From Candidatus Brennerbacteria bacterium RIFOXYC1_FULL_41_11 (lineage in GTDB: Bacteria > Patescibacteriota > Minisyncoccia > UBA6257 > Brennerbacteraceae), in the NCBI GenBank assembly GCA_001817215.1, contig MHHX01000007.1:24244-60575 (forward strand): a stretch of DNA of 36,332 bases. Reading direction: 5' to 3'. The position numbers and the translations under genes are program-made. This document shows, in pieces, positions 26,355-34,499 of the stretch. The notes below the pieces were generated by a model. That model saw only the letters and a list, made by a program, of their open reading frames with translations. It had not been told where the DNA came from and searched no databases. Position 1 is the stretch's first letter. Every line of letters begins with the position of its first letter.

Positions 26355-26452
26355 CTAAGATTTATTTAGTTGAACCACGTTTGACGTGGTCAATCAATCT
26401 TTATTTTATTTTGTTTTTAAGGTAAATTGTAGTTATTCTTAATTTTATTACC

Positions 26453-26524
26453 CCCCCCGTAGCTTAGCGGTAAAGCAATTGCCTCTTAAGCAAGTGACCG
26501 AAGGTTCGAATCCTTCCGGGGGGA
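26453..26524 (+). tRNA. tRNA-Lys(CTT)
   Basis: Acceptor ccccccg/cgggggg, anticodon loop ct-CTT-aa, T arm gaagg-ttcgaat-ccttc. CCA not encoded. Confidence 0.93.
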
Positions 26525-26591
26525 CACTTCGGCAAGCTTAGTGTAAACAAAAAATAAACCGCTTTGTTTTTTCTGAAATCGTTGTATTATT

Positions 26592-26882
26592 TTGTTATCG
26601 GGTTTAAGTTTCTCACGAAAGGAGGTGAGTGTAAAAAACAGCTTCAGCCCAAATTTAATGCCGGGAAGTCGAGTCAGGATCGTGGAGATCTCCGGCTGCC
26701 AAGACCTTGCTGGTCTGGAACGATCGGTCAGGGGTTATGGTCTTGGCATTGGTAAAACTGGCAGCATCTGTGTTGTGGCACAGATCTGGGATGATGGTTG
26801 GGTAGCTATCATCACCCCAGAAAACTCTGGTTACCCCAACCAGAAACTGGCCCTACCCAAAAGTTGTTTGGAGGTGGTATGA
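26592..26882 (+). CDS. Small hypothetical protein, possibly SH3/KOW-like (start uncertain)
   Basis: PGSRVRIV..beta-rich ORF followed by a terminator. The strong AAGGAGGTG near 26619 has no well-spaced canonical start codon. Confidence 0.45.
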   Translation: MLSGLSFSRKEVSVKNSFSPNLMPGSRVRIVEISGCQDLAGLERSVRGYGLGIGKTGSICVVAQIWDDGWVAIITPENSGYPNQKLALPKSCLEVV

Positions 26883-26892
26883 AAGTAAAATA

Positions 26893-26932
26893 GAAAAGGA
26901 CTGGTAGAACATTACTGGTCCTTTTCGTTTTT
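26893..26932. terminator. Bidirectional terminator between the small ORF and tRNA-Leu
   Basis: gaaaaggac..gtccttttc inverted repeat with A and T flanks. Confidence 0.7.
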
Positions 26933-26933
26933 G

Positions 26934-27015
26934 TGCTGGGGGCGGGACTCGAACCCGCATGTCTTGCGACAATAGCTCCTAGGGCTATCGTGTCTACCTG
27001 TTTCACCACCCCAGC
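26934..27015 (-). tRNA. tRNA-Leu(TAG)
   Basis: Reverse complement gctgggg..atagc-cc-TAG-ga-gctat, long variable arm, gcggg-ttcgagt-cccgc, ccccagc-a. Confidence 0.95.
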
Positions 27016-27127
27016 ATGGTTTATTAAGCGCGGTTGCTTGCTGGCAGGTTTGTCAACTTATCCAGTATGCAGTTTTGCTGTTGTGCGAGTATTCGTTATG
27101 AGGGCTTGTTTAGTTCGATTTTATCAC

Positions 27128-27169
27128 AAAAAAACACGACCTCGACATTACGTCGAGGTCATGTTTTTT
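27128..27169 (-). terminator. Terminator after the pilin gene
   Basis: gacctcgac-attac-gtcgaggtc with A and T tracts on both sides. Confidence 0.85.
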
Positions 27170-27184
27170 AAAAACCAATAAAGA

Positions 27185-27496
27185 TTATTGCAGAATATTG
27201 GACACAACAGCAGGAATGGCCTTAGCGAAGATTGCTATTAAAACACCGGCGGCAGCGAAGATGATCATTCTATTGGCTTCTTGAACAGTCTCTTGTTTTC
27301 CAGCGGCAGTGACATACTTAAAGCCGGCATAGATAATAAAGGCAACAGCCATGATGATCAGGAAAGTGAACACGACATTAAAAACCTGATAAATTTTGTC
27401 TTCCAGCTGCTGGACCGTTGTCACGTTAATAAACTCTGCTGATACTGGCAGTGCTAAGACCAAGGCTAACAAGCTAAAACCGAGAATTTTTTTCAT
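27185..27496 (-). CDS. VirB2/TrbC-like pilin
   Basis: Signal peptide, then two hydrophobic helices with IIYAGFKYVTAAG..QEANRMIIFAAAG, the CPR pilin pattern. Confidence 0.85.
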   Translation of the reverse strand: MKKILGFSLLALVLALPVSAEFINVTTVQQLEDKIYQVFNVVFTFLIIMAVAFIIYAGFKYVTAAGKQETVQEANRMIIFAAAGVLIAIFAKAIPAVVSNILQ

Positions 27497-27544
27497 TTTT
27501 TTGCGGTTTTTTTAATTAAAATTAATTGACCCTGAATATATCTT

Positions 27545-27573
27545 ATTCTATTAAGTTAGCTTCTATGTGTCAA
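27545..27573 (-). promoter_or_regulatory. Near-consensus sigma70 promoter of the pilin gene
   Basis: Minus strand TTGACA-17-TAGAAT. Confidence 0.7.
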
Positions 27574-27585
27574 TGGATGTTCTAG

Positions 27586-27657
27586 TGGGCGATGTAGGGA
27601 TTGAACCTACGGCCTACTCGGTGTAAACGAGCCGCTCTACCACTGAGCTAATCGCGC
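27586..27657 (-). tRNA. tRNA-Val(TAC)
   Basis: Reverse complement gcgcgattagctcagtggtagagc..ctcg-tt-TAC-ac-cgag..gtagg-ttcaatc-cctac-atcgccc-a. C2.C71 mismatch. Confidence 0.92.
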
Positions 27658-27846
27658 GGAGATAGTGCTTACGGGTTATTATATATTATAAAATTACTAT
27701 AAGAAACTATTCAAAGGTCGGTAATCGTCCAGGCAAGCCAGCCTACAGAACGCAGGGGAGCTTTAAATTTCGAAAATATTTGAAAGTCAAGGCAATAAAG
27801 ACCATGGGTCTTTCTAGGCCTCGAAAGAATAAAGAAAGTTCTTGAT

Positions 27847-29424
27847 TTATTGGTTATCCTTTGCTTTTTTGATTCTTTCTTTCGGCGTAACCCAAAAACC
27901 CATGTGCTTGCCAAGCATTAGGCGAGTTGATGCTTCAAGAGCGGGAATGGTCGACAGCAGAATAGTCAACGGGCCCAGGAGCCATCTTAAGGAAAAAATA
28001 ATCTTATCCTTCGCAGATATCGGTCGGTTTTCATGAGGCATTAAGACTGTTGCCAGATACATGGAACCAAGCATGCCGATCATTGATATTCTCATGAAGA
28101 GTCCGGCGATCTGGGGGAGATTATAGGATAAAACAGTGAAACTAAAATTTTTAGTGCCAAGGAGCAACGGCAACCAACCAAGACCAAAGAGAATGAGCGA
28201 ATGAGTACACCAGGAATGAAAGCCTTCAACAATATGGAGACCGTGAAGCCATTTTTTCCCCAACCGGATCTTTTTGTTTTTGATGAATCCGAACAGCAAG
28301 TAAGGAATGTTTTCTGCTCCGTAAGCCCAGCGGCGTTGCTGCTTATATTGGTTTTTCATTGTCTGCCAGAAAGTCGGAGCGATATTGGCGTCCATATGAA
28401 TAAAAAATTTTAGCGGTATCGCTTGCCAATCACCATCAAAAGTTAAAAAACATTGATAAAAAATTCTTGAATCTTCGGAAACAATATTTTCCTGCCACAA
28501 ACCGACTTCAATCAGGGGCTTGAAACCCATGGAATGAGAGGAGTAAGTGATTAATATCTCCGGCCTGGCTTGTTGAATCATCTGCCAAAAAGTGGCTGAA
28601 AAGGAAAGGATGTAGGCTAGGGCCGGAGCATGCCAAATATTATTTGTGTAAAGAGGAATTGGCTGGAAACTTGACCTGAGTGGTTTTTCACAGGTCAGAT
28701 AATTATGGGTTAAGCAGTGGAAGAATGACTTTTCTGTTCTGGTGTCGCAGTCGAAAACGGAAACAATAATATTCTCATAAGGTATATTCATTCGGTCAAT
28801 CTCTGTTTTTGCCTGTTTGGCGGCGTAAGCTTGATTTGCTCCCTTGCCCTTGAGCTCGCCCAGGGTATTGTCTGGATGGAAGGTGGTGAGGAAGTTGGTA
28901 AATATTTTTCCGAATTCCCGCTCGGCTTTCTTTGCGTTTTCTTTACCGAGATTACCGCCTCTTTCTTCAAAAGCCAAAACAACGATCATTCTTTCGGTTG
29001 GATAGCCGGATTCAGCAATGGATTTTAATGAGTCCCTAAGAATATCGTACGGTTCAATGACTGTTGGCAAAATTATCAAATGCCAAATATCTTTCCATGA
29101 ACTTAGCTCCGGCAGTGTTTTTCTCGGGAAAGATAATTTATTCAATTCTTCTTCCCAGCTTGTCTTTCGGTTTTCTCTGGCTTGTTTGTAGCTTGAAACG
29201 AGATGAATCAAGAAATAAATCGTCCGCAAAAACCAAAAGAGTATAAAAACGATTAAGACAAGCGAGGTTTGATTGGGGAAAAATCTAGAGCCGAGGATTA
29301 AGGCAATAAAAGTTAACCAGGCCAATAGGCCCGGTAGCATTTCAAAAAACCGGAAAAGTACCCGTTCTTTTTTGTCTTTTAAATCACTCGGTCTGGCCAA
29401 GCGAAGGTAATAATCTTGTTTCAC
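27847..29424 (-). CDS. Membrane-bound processive GT2 glycosyltransferase
   Basis: KGAN, VFDCD (DxD), SEDSR, QQRRW (QxxRW), with N- and C-terminal TM helices. Confidence 0.9.
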   Translation of the reverse strand: MKQDYYLRLARPSDLKDKKERVLFRFFEMLPGLLAWLTFIALILGSRFFPNQTSLVLIVFILFWFLRTIYFLIHLVSSYKQARENRKTSWEEELNKLSFPRKTLPELSSWKDIWHLIILPTVIEPYDILRDSLKSIAESGYPTERMIVVLAFEERGGNLGKENAKKAEREFGKIFTNFLTTFHPDNTLGELKGKGANQAYAAKQAKTEIDRMNIPYENIIVSVFDCDTRTEKSFFHCLTHNYLTCEKPLRSSFQPIPLYTNNIWHAPALAYILSFSATFWQMIQQARPEILITYSSHSMGFKPLIEVGLWQENIVSEDSRIFYQCFLTFDGDWQAIPLKFFIHMDANIAPTFWQTMKNQYKQQRRWAYGAENIPYLLFGFIKNKKIRLGKKWLHGLHIVEGFHSWCTHSLILFGLGWLPLLLGTKNFSFTVLSYNLPQIAGLFMRISMIGMLGSMYLATVLMPHENRPISAKDKIIFSLRWLLGPLTILLSTIPALEASTRLMLGKHMGFWVTPKERIKKAKDNQ

Positions 29425-29481
29425 CGTGTTTCCTAAATCAATTTTAACTCATTCGCTGAATACGGTAAACAAAAGGGGCGC

Positions 29482-29838
29482 TCAATCAGAGCGCCTCTTT
29501 TCAATGCGACATTCTATCCCGTTGAAATCAACGGGAACAGTGATTGCTTCCACTAGGTTATTGCCGTTAACGACGATAACCAACGATTCTGATGTGTTTG
29601 GGTCATTGATGATGATAAGCACGTCAGTTTCTTGATTATCGCCCGGGTTCAGCTTGCAGAGCAGTTCGCCGACGGCATACAACCGTTCGCCTGAACGGAT
29701 GTCTGCAAGCGTCAGAGAATCTTTTTGCTGTCCAGCTGATGTTGCAATGCTGATCGCAAGAAAGAAAAGAAAGAGTATCAGTGCTATTTTTTCAGCGATT
29801 TCTGCGACAGTGATGCTGTTGCCGTAAGGGTGTGTCAT
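29482..29838 (-). CDS. Small exported or membrane-anchored hypothetical protein
   Basis: Hydrophobic N-terminal helix, two Cys, AAGGAG RBS upstream. Confidence 0.65.
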   Translation of the reverse strand: MTHPYGNSITVAEIAEKIALILFLFFLAISIATSAGQQKDSLTLADIRSGERLYAVGELLCKLNPGDNQETDVLIIINDPNTSESLVIVVNGNNLVEAITVPVDFNGIECRIEKRRSD

Positions 29839-29887
29839 TAGAGCTCCTTTTTGCGGACAAGAATTTTTTATATTAAATCATAATTAA

Positions 29888-29916
29888 TTGACTTTTACAA
29901 GATGGAAAGATATAAT
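29888..29916 (+). promoter_or_regulatory. Sigma70 promoter
   Basis: TTGACT-17-TATAAT, with AGGAGG at 29925-29930. Confidence 0.75.
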
Positions 29917-29935
29917 CTAGTTACAGGAGGCTCTT

Positions 29936-30088
29936 ATGAACGTTCTCAAAAACTGGTTGCGCCGGTTCCGCGAAAGCTGGAAAGAATTTCTATGGTTGAT
30001 GGCTGATCCGGATTTCTTGAATGCCATGACCAGTGCAGACTGGCTTCTCGGAGCACAGAGCGAGACCAAAGACGAACCGTCCGAATAG
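29936..30088 (+). CDS. 50-aa small protein, not in ORF track
   Basis: MNVLKNWLRRFRESWKEFLWLMADPDFLNAMTSADWLLGAQSETKDEPSE*. Has a promoter, RBS and a terminator-like hairpin (aaccgtcc-gaata-ggacggtt) over the stop. Confidence 0.7.
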   Translation: MNVLKNWLRRFRESWKEFLWLMADPDFLNAMTSADWLLGAQSETKDEPSE

Positions 30089-30165
30089 GACGGTTTTCGT
30101 ATTCCAAAACAAAGTTATTTGAATTGAGCGAGTTATCCTGAACTTGGTCGAAGGGAGTCGAAATG

Positions 30166-30240
30166 TAGTCCCAACGGGATTCGAACCCGTGTTTATGCCG
30201 TGAAAGGGCATTGTCCTAGACCAGGCTAGACGATGGGACC
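30166..30240 (-). tRNA. tRNA-Glu(TTC)
   Basis: Reverse complement ggtcccatcgtctagcctggtctaggac..atgcc-ct-TTC-ac-ggcat..acggg-ttcgaat-cccgt-tgggact-a. Confidence 0.95.
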
Positions 30241-30351
30241 GTCTCAGCTTTAGCAGTTTTATTTTATAGAAAAACATATAAAAACGCAATTTTTATATGA
30301 CACCAGAAGGGATTCAGTGTATAATGTCAGTAATTTTTAAACAGATTGTTT

Positions 30352-30567
30352 ATGGATCAGATAATACTTCAATGTCGTAAGTGCGATAAAAAAATGCACC
30401 TCATAGTTGAATCTATGCCTGGTAAGTTAGACGAACTGTACAAGAAGTTCGGAGATAATTGGTTGACGCTTTTGAAAGCTCAGGATGGTGAACTCACCAG
30501 GGATTTTTTAGACGAAGTTGAGCATCACCAGAAGATTTGTGACGGGATTGTCGTGTTGCGAAAATAA
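30352..30567 (+). CDS. Small putative zinc-binding protein
   Basis: CRKC near the N-terminus and HQKIC near the C-terminus. Upstream ATGACA-17-TATAAT. Confidence 0.6.
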   Translation: MDQIILQCRKCDKKMHLIVESMPGKLDELYKKFGDNWLTLLKAQDGELTRDFLDEVEHHQKICDGIVVLRK

Positions 30568-30603
30568 ACATATTATTTGCATACTAGGAATATATAACTA
30601 TCT

Positions 30604-30870
30604 ATGCCAAAGTTGTTTAGAAGGCAGGAAAGGAGTCAAATGAGTGTGGCCTCATCAGTCGAGCGTAGGGATCCCCACTTTCAATTTGAAAAGAAAATAG
30701 AAGCTCTTAAGAGACTCTATGATAGCCAGAATCCTAAAGTAAATACAGGACAGATCGTACGGGAACTAGAGAAGTTGGCGGTTCAGCTAGACAACGGAGA
30801 CACTGGTGAATTTCACGATCAGCTTGCAACATTGCTAGGTCGTTTATACCCGGATGATAAAGCTAGATGA
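30604..30870 (+). CDS. Small helical hypothetical protein (alternative start ATG 30640 after AGGAG)
   Basis: 88-aa ORF co-oriented with the previous gene. Confidence 0.55.
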   Translation: MPKLFRRQERSQMSVASSVERRDPHFQFEKKIEALKRLYDSQNPKVNTGQIVRELEKLAVQLDNGDTGEFHDQLATLLGRLYPDDKAR

Positions 30871-30872
30871 TA

Positions 30873-30980
30873 CGAACGGTTTGGGTTTGTGTCGCGTCCA
30901 AGATTTAAGTGCAGCTATTCTGGCGATGTGGAAATCATTTGCCGAGAACTAATTTAATTCTTATTAAACAATACCGTTCG
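30873..30980. ncRNA. Candidate structured RNA (108-nt rod-like hairpin)
   Basis: Nested helices cgaacggt/accgttcg, aagatttaagt/atttaattctt, ttct/agaa and ggcgatg/catttgcc. Family unknown. Confidence 0.35.
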
Positions 30981-30987
30981 GATTCAT

Positions 30988-32121
30988 ATGTTAATTCTTG
31001 GAATTGAAACTTCTTGTGACGAAACGTCTGTAGCTTTCTTGGAGGTTAAAAATAACAACTTCAAGGTTTTAAGCCAGGTTGTTTCTTCGCAAGTAAAGCT
31101 TCATGCAAAATTCGGCGGTGTGGTACCGGTTCTGGCCGCGAGAAAACATTCAGAAAATATTGATAGAGTTTTCCGTCTGGCTTTAAAACAATCCGGAATC
31201 AAGAAAAAGCCCGACTTAATCGCTGTAACCAAGGGACCAGGATTGGCGCCGGCGCTTTTGGTTGGAGTTAATTTTGCCAAGTTTTTAGCTTGGTCAATCG
31301 ACCGGCCCTTGATTGGTGTCAATCATTTGGAAGGACACATTTTTTCCAACTGGCTTAAGCCATTCGGGAAAAGCTCAGATGTCAATCCGTCAGCTGATGG
31401 ACAAATGTCAAAGAAAATCAGATTTCCAGCCGTGGTTTTGATTGTCTCTGGCGGGCATACTGAACTGGTGTTGATGAAGGGTTTTGGGAGGTACCAGCTT
31501 TTGGGCCAGACTCTTGACGACGCTGTCGGTGAATGTTTTGACAAAGTTGCCAGGCTTTTGGGGCTTGGTTATCCCGGTGGCCCGATTATTGATAAGCTGG
31601 CTAAGGATGGTGATTCAAGAGCTTTTAAATTTCCTTCGCCGTTAATCAATTCAAAAGATTTTAATTTTAGTTTTTCCGGTTTAAAGACTTCTTTGTTGTA
31701 TTTTTTACAAAACAACCAAATAGATTTTTCAAAATCAAAGTTATCAAAAAATCAGGAACAGTTACGAAAAGATATTTGTGCGTCTTTTGAGGAAGCTGCC
31801 ATAAAGGTTCTGGTTAAAAAGACTTTAAGGGCTAAGGATGAGTTTTGTGCGGAATCGATTTTGATTGGTGGCGGTGTCGCGGCAAATTCGTTCTTGCAAA
31901 AGAAATTTTCAGACCAGGCCGAGGTGATTTTCCCTAGACGCGAGTATATTACTGATAATGCGGCCATGATCGCTTGCGCCGGATATTTTTCCGTCAGGGA
32001 GTATGTGCCCGCCGATAGACAAAGACCTGCGCTCGGAAGGAACTGTCAATTGAAAAAACCGGACAAAGATTCTTGGAAAGATGTTTTTGCCGAACCAAAC
32101 TTGCCGTTGGCAAGCCGTTAA
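30988..32121 (+). CDS. tsaD: tRNA N6-adenosine threonylcarbamoyltransferase TsaD
   Basis: LGIETSCDET, GGVVP, GPGL, NHLEGH, VSGGHT, DDAVGECFDK, GYPGGP, FSFSGLKT, GGVAAN, TDNAAMIA. Confidence 0.97.
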   Translation: MLILGIETSCDETSVAFLEVKNNNFKVLSQVVSSQVKLHAKFGGVVPVLAARKHSENIDRVFRLALKQSGIKKKPDLIAVTKGPGLAPALLVGVNFAKFLAWSIDRPLIGVNHLEGHIFSNWLKPFGKSSDVNPSADGQMSKKIRFPAVVLIVSGGHTELVLMKGFGRYQLLGQTLDDAVGECFDKVARLLGLGYPGGPIIDKLAKDGDSRAFKFPSPLINSKDFNFSFSGLKTSLLYFLQNNQIDFSKSKLSKNQEQLRKDICASFEEAAIKVLVKKTLRAKDEFCAESILIGGGVAANSFLQKKFSDQAEVIFPRREYITDNAAMIACAGYFSVREYVPADRQRPALGRNCQLKKPDKDSWKDVFAEPNLPLASR

Positions 32122-32151
32122 GATAAAATAGAACATACAAAAAATTATTTT

Positions 32152-34386
32152 ATGACGCGAGAGCTGCCGAAAAATTTTATTTCAAAAGACTATGAGGGAA
32201 AACTTTATTCTCTTTGGGAAGAAGCCGGTGTTTTTACGCCTGAGGTTGATAAGAAAAAGCAGCCCTTTACAATAATTTTGCCATTGCCGAATGCAAATGA
32301 TCCAATGCATATTGGTCATGCGATGTTTGTGATTCAAGATATTTTAATTCGTTTTCATATTATGAAGGGCGACCCGACGTTGTGGCTTCCCGGATCTGAT
32401 CATGCTGGGATGGAGACGCAGTTTGTTTTTGAAAAACAGCTTGCCAAAGAAGGTAAGAGCCGTTTTGACTACGATCGCGAAACGCTTTTCAAGATGCTGG
32501 CAGAGTTCGTTGAGAAAAATCGTTTGATCAATAAAGATCAGCTCAAAAAACTGGGCTTTGCCCTTGATTGGTCTCGTTACCATTACAGCATGGAGCCGGA
32601 AATCGTGGAGATGGTTTTGGAAACGTTTCGAAAGCTTCATGCCGATGACTTGATCTATCGTGGCGAGAGGGTAGTTCATTTTTGCACTAAATGTGGAACA
32701 TCTTTTTCTGATCTGGAGGTGGTTTATGAGGATCGTGAAGACAAGCTTTTTTACCTTGATTATGGATCGGTAACAATTGCGACCACTCGTCCGGAAACTA
32801 TTTTTGCCGACGTCGCGGTGGCGATTAATCCGAAAAACCTTAAAGCCAAGGAGTTGCTCTCCCAAAAGGCTGTCGTGCCTTTGATCACAAAAAGCATTCT
32901 GATCATTGAAGACGAACTTGTTGATCCTGATTTTGGTACTGGTGCTTTGAAAATCACTCCTGGTCATGATGCGGTTGATTTTGAGGTTGGTACGAAGCAC
33001 GGTCTCGAAACGCTTTCTGTGATTAATCGTTTTGGGAAGATGATAAATGTTCCGGAGAAATATCTTGGCATGAAAGTTTTGGCAGCCAGAGACGCAGTAG
33101 TCTCTGATCTTAAGGCTGGAGGTAAGCTCGTTAAAGAAGAGCCATTGAGACATTCTGTCGGAACCTGCTATAGATGCGGGACAGTGATCGAACCGATGGT
33201 TTTTCCCCAATGGTTCATCACAACAAGGCCATTGGCGGATAAAGCGATCGAGACTGTCCGGAACGGACAAACAGCTATTTTCCCGCAAAAACGTTTTGAA
33301 AAAATGTATTTTGATTGGATGGAAAATATAAAAGACTGGAATATCTCGCGCCAAGTTGTTTGGGGGCCAAGGATTCCGGCCTGGTATTGCCTAGATTGCA
33401 ATGACTCAATTCAAGTGAACTTTCTCAACAAAAATAAAGAAGCGATTTCTGGGTTATATAAAGATTTGAAAGACGTCCATCCGTTCGAAGAGATGAAATC
33501 CGGGTTGCAATCGCTATTCGCTTCGAAAGAATCTTCTTATCAGTTACAAGACGGGGCGTGCAGTCATTGTCGTGGTAAGAATGTTTTGCAGGAAACAGAT
33601 ACTTTTGATACTTGGTTTTTGAGCGGTCAGTGGCCGGTCAGCACCCTAAAATCGAATCCCGGCGATCTTGAGTATTTTTATCCGACTAGCATTCTCGATA
33701 CTTTATGGGACATCTTATTTTTCTGGGTTGGCAGGATGATGATGTTGGGAATTTACTTGACCGACAAGGTTCCGTTTAAGATTGTCCACCTGCACGCTCG
33801 GGTAGTTGATAAACACGGCAAGAAAATGTCCAAAAGCAAAGGGAACGTGATTGATCCGTTGCTTATGGTTAATCAATATGGCGCTGATTCTTTGCGCCTA
33901 GCATTAGTAATGGGAGTCGGCCCGGCCAGTGATGTTTCTCTGAGTGATGAAAAAGTCAGGGGAATGAGGAATTTTACGACAAAGCTTTGGAATATTGGCA
34001 GATTTATAGCCACGAGTGATCATGAACTGGGTATTCCGGAGTCTTTGAATGATTTGACCGAGGACGACGAGAAGATAATTAATTCTTTGAATGAGCAAAT
34101 CAAGAGTGTTACTGCCGGTAATGAATGTTTTAGGTTCGGTCAGTCCTCGGAAGATCTTTATCGGTTTATCTGGCATGAGTTCGCTGATTTTTATATTGAA
34201 AGCTCAAAAGAAAGAATTAAGGCCGGAGATAAAGTTGTATTTTCGGTTTTGAATCATGTTTTCTCAACCTGTCTCAAGCTTCTCCATCCATTCATGCCGT
34301 TTGTGACGGAAGCTTTGTGGCAGGAGATGTATTCCGAGAACGGTTCGCTTTTGATTAAAGAACCTTGGCCAAGCATTAAAGATTAA
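32152..34386 (+). CDS. valS: Valine--tRNA ligase (lacks C-terminal coiled-coil arm)
   Basis: HIGH, PGSDHAG, ATTRPET, GTGALKITPGHD, DWNISRQ, DTFDTWF, DILFFW, KMSKSKGN, LLHPFMPFVTE. Confidence 0.96.
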   Translation: MTRELPKNFISKDYEGKLYSLWEEAGVFTPEVDKKKQPFTIILPLPNANDPMHIGHAMFVIQDILIRFHIMKGDPTLWLPGSDHAGMETQFVFEKQLAKEGKSRFDYDRETLFKMLAEFVEKNRLINKDQLKKLGFALDWSRYHYSMEPEIVEMVLETFRKLHADDLIYRGERVVHFCTKCGTSFSDLEVVYEDREDKLFYLDYGSVTIATTRPETIFADVAVAINPKNLKAKELLSQKAVVPLITKSILIIEDELVDPDFGTGALKITPGHDAVDFEVGTKHGLETLSVINRFGKMINVPEKYLGMKVLAARDAVVSDLKAGGKLVKEEPLRHSVGTCYRCGTVIEPMVFPQWFITTRPLADKAIETVRNGQTAIFPQKRFEKMYFDWMENIKDWNISRQVVWGPRIPAWYCLDCNDSIQVNFLNKNKEAISGLYKDLKDVHPFEEMKSGLQSLFASKESSYQLQDGACSHCRGKNVLQETDTFDTWFLSGQWPVSTLKSNPGDLEYFYPTSILDTLWDILFFWVGRMMMLGIYLTDKVPFKIVHLHARVVDKHGKKMSKSKGNVIDPLLMVNQYGADSLRLALVMGVGPASDVSLSDEKVRGMRNFTTKLWNIGRFIATSDHELGIPESLNDLTEDDEKIINSLNEQIKSVTAGNECFRFGQSSEDLYRFIWHEFADFYIESSKERIKAGDKVVFSVLNHVFSTCLKLLHPFMPFVTEALWQEMYSENGSLLIKEPWPSIKD

Positions 34387-34397
34387 TTTTTGATGCA

Positions 34398-34491
34398 GAA
34401 TTATGAATCTTGAATTAAGAATCTAGTTTTAACTTTTTCAGCCAGAGGCTGATCCGCCTTTGGCGAAGACATTTGATTTTTGACCTTTGAA
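34398..34491. repeat. Degenerate 7-mer tandem repeats flanking a REP-like hairpin
   Basis: gaattat-gaatctt-gaattaa-gaatcta (34398-34425), hairpin gccagaggc-tgatcc-gcctttggc (34441-34464), atttgat-ttttgac-ctttgaa (34471-34491). Confidence 0.65.
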
Positions 34492-34499
34492 TTATTACC

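Noticed and set aside
26812-27181. ORFs 26812-27009 and 26933-27181
   Set aside because: They overlap tRNA-Leu and are translations of tRNA sequence.
27700-27846. Possible riboswitch or small ORF between tRNA-Val and the GT2 gene
   Set aside because: A GC-richer patch with no convincing aptamer consensus, RBS or stable fold by eye.
29990-30289. 99-aa minus-strand ORF
   Set aside because: Runs through tRNA-Glu and opposes the better supported 29936-30088 ORF.
32100-32152. Val leader-peptide attenuator upstream of valS
   Set aside because: Only 30 nt separate tsaD and valS, with no Val-codon run or terminator.
32344-33354. 336-aa antisense ORF
   Set aside because: Lies wholly opposite valS and has no recognisable motifs. 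Treated as a shadow ORF.
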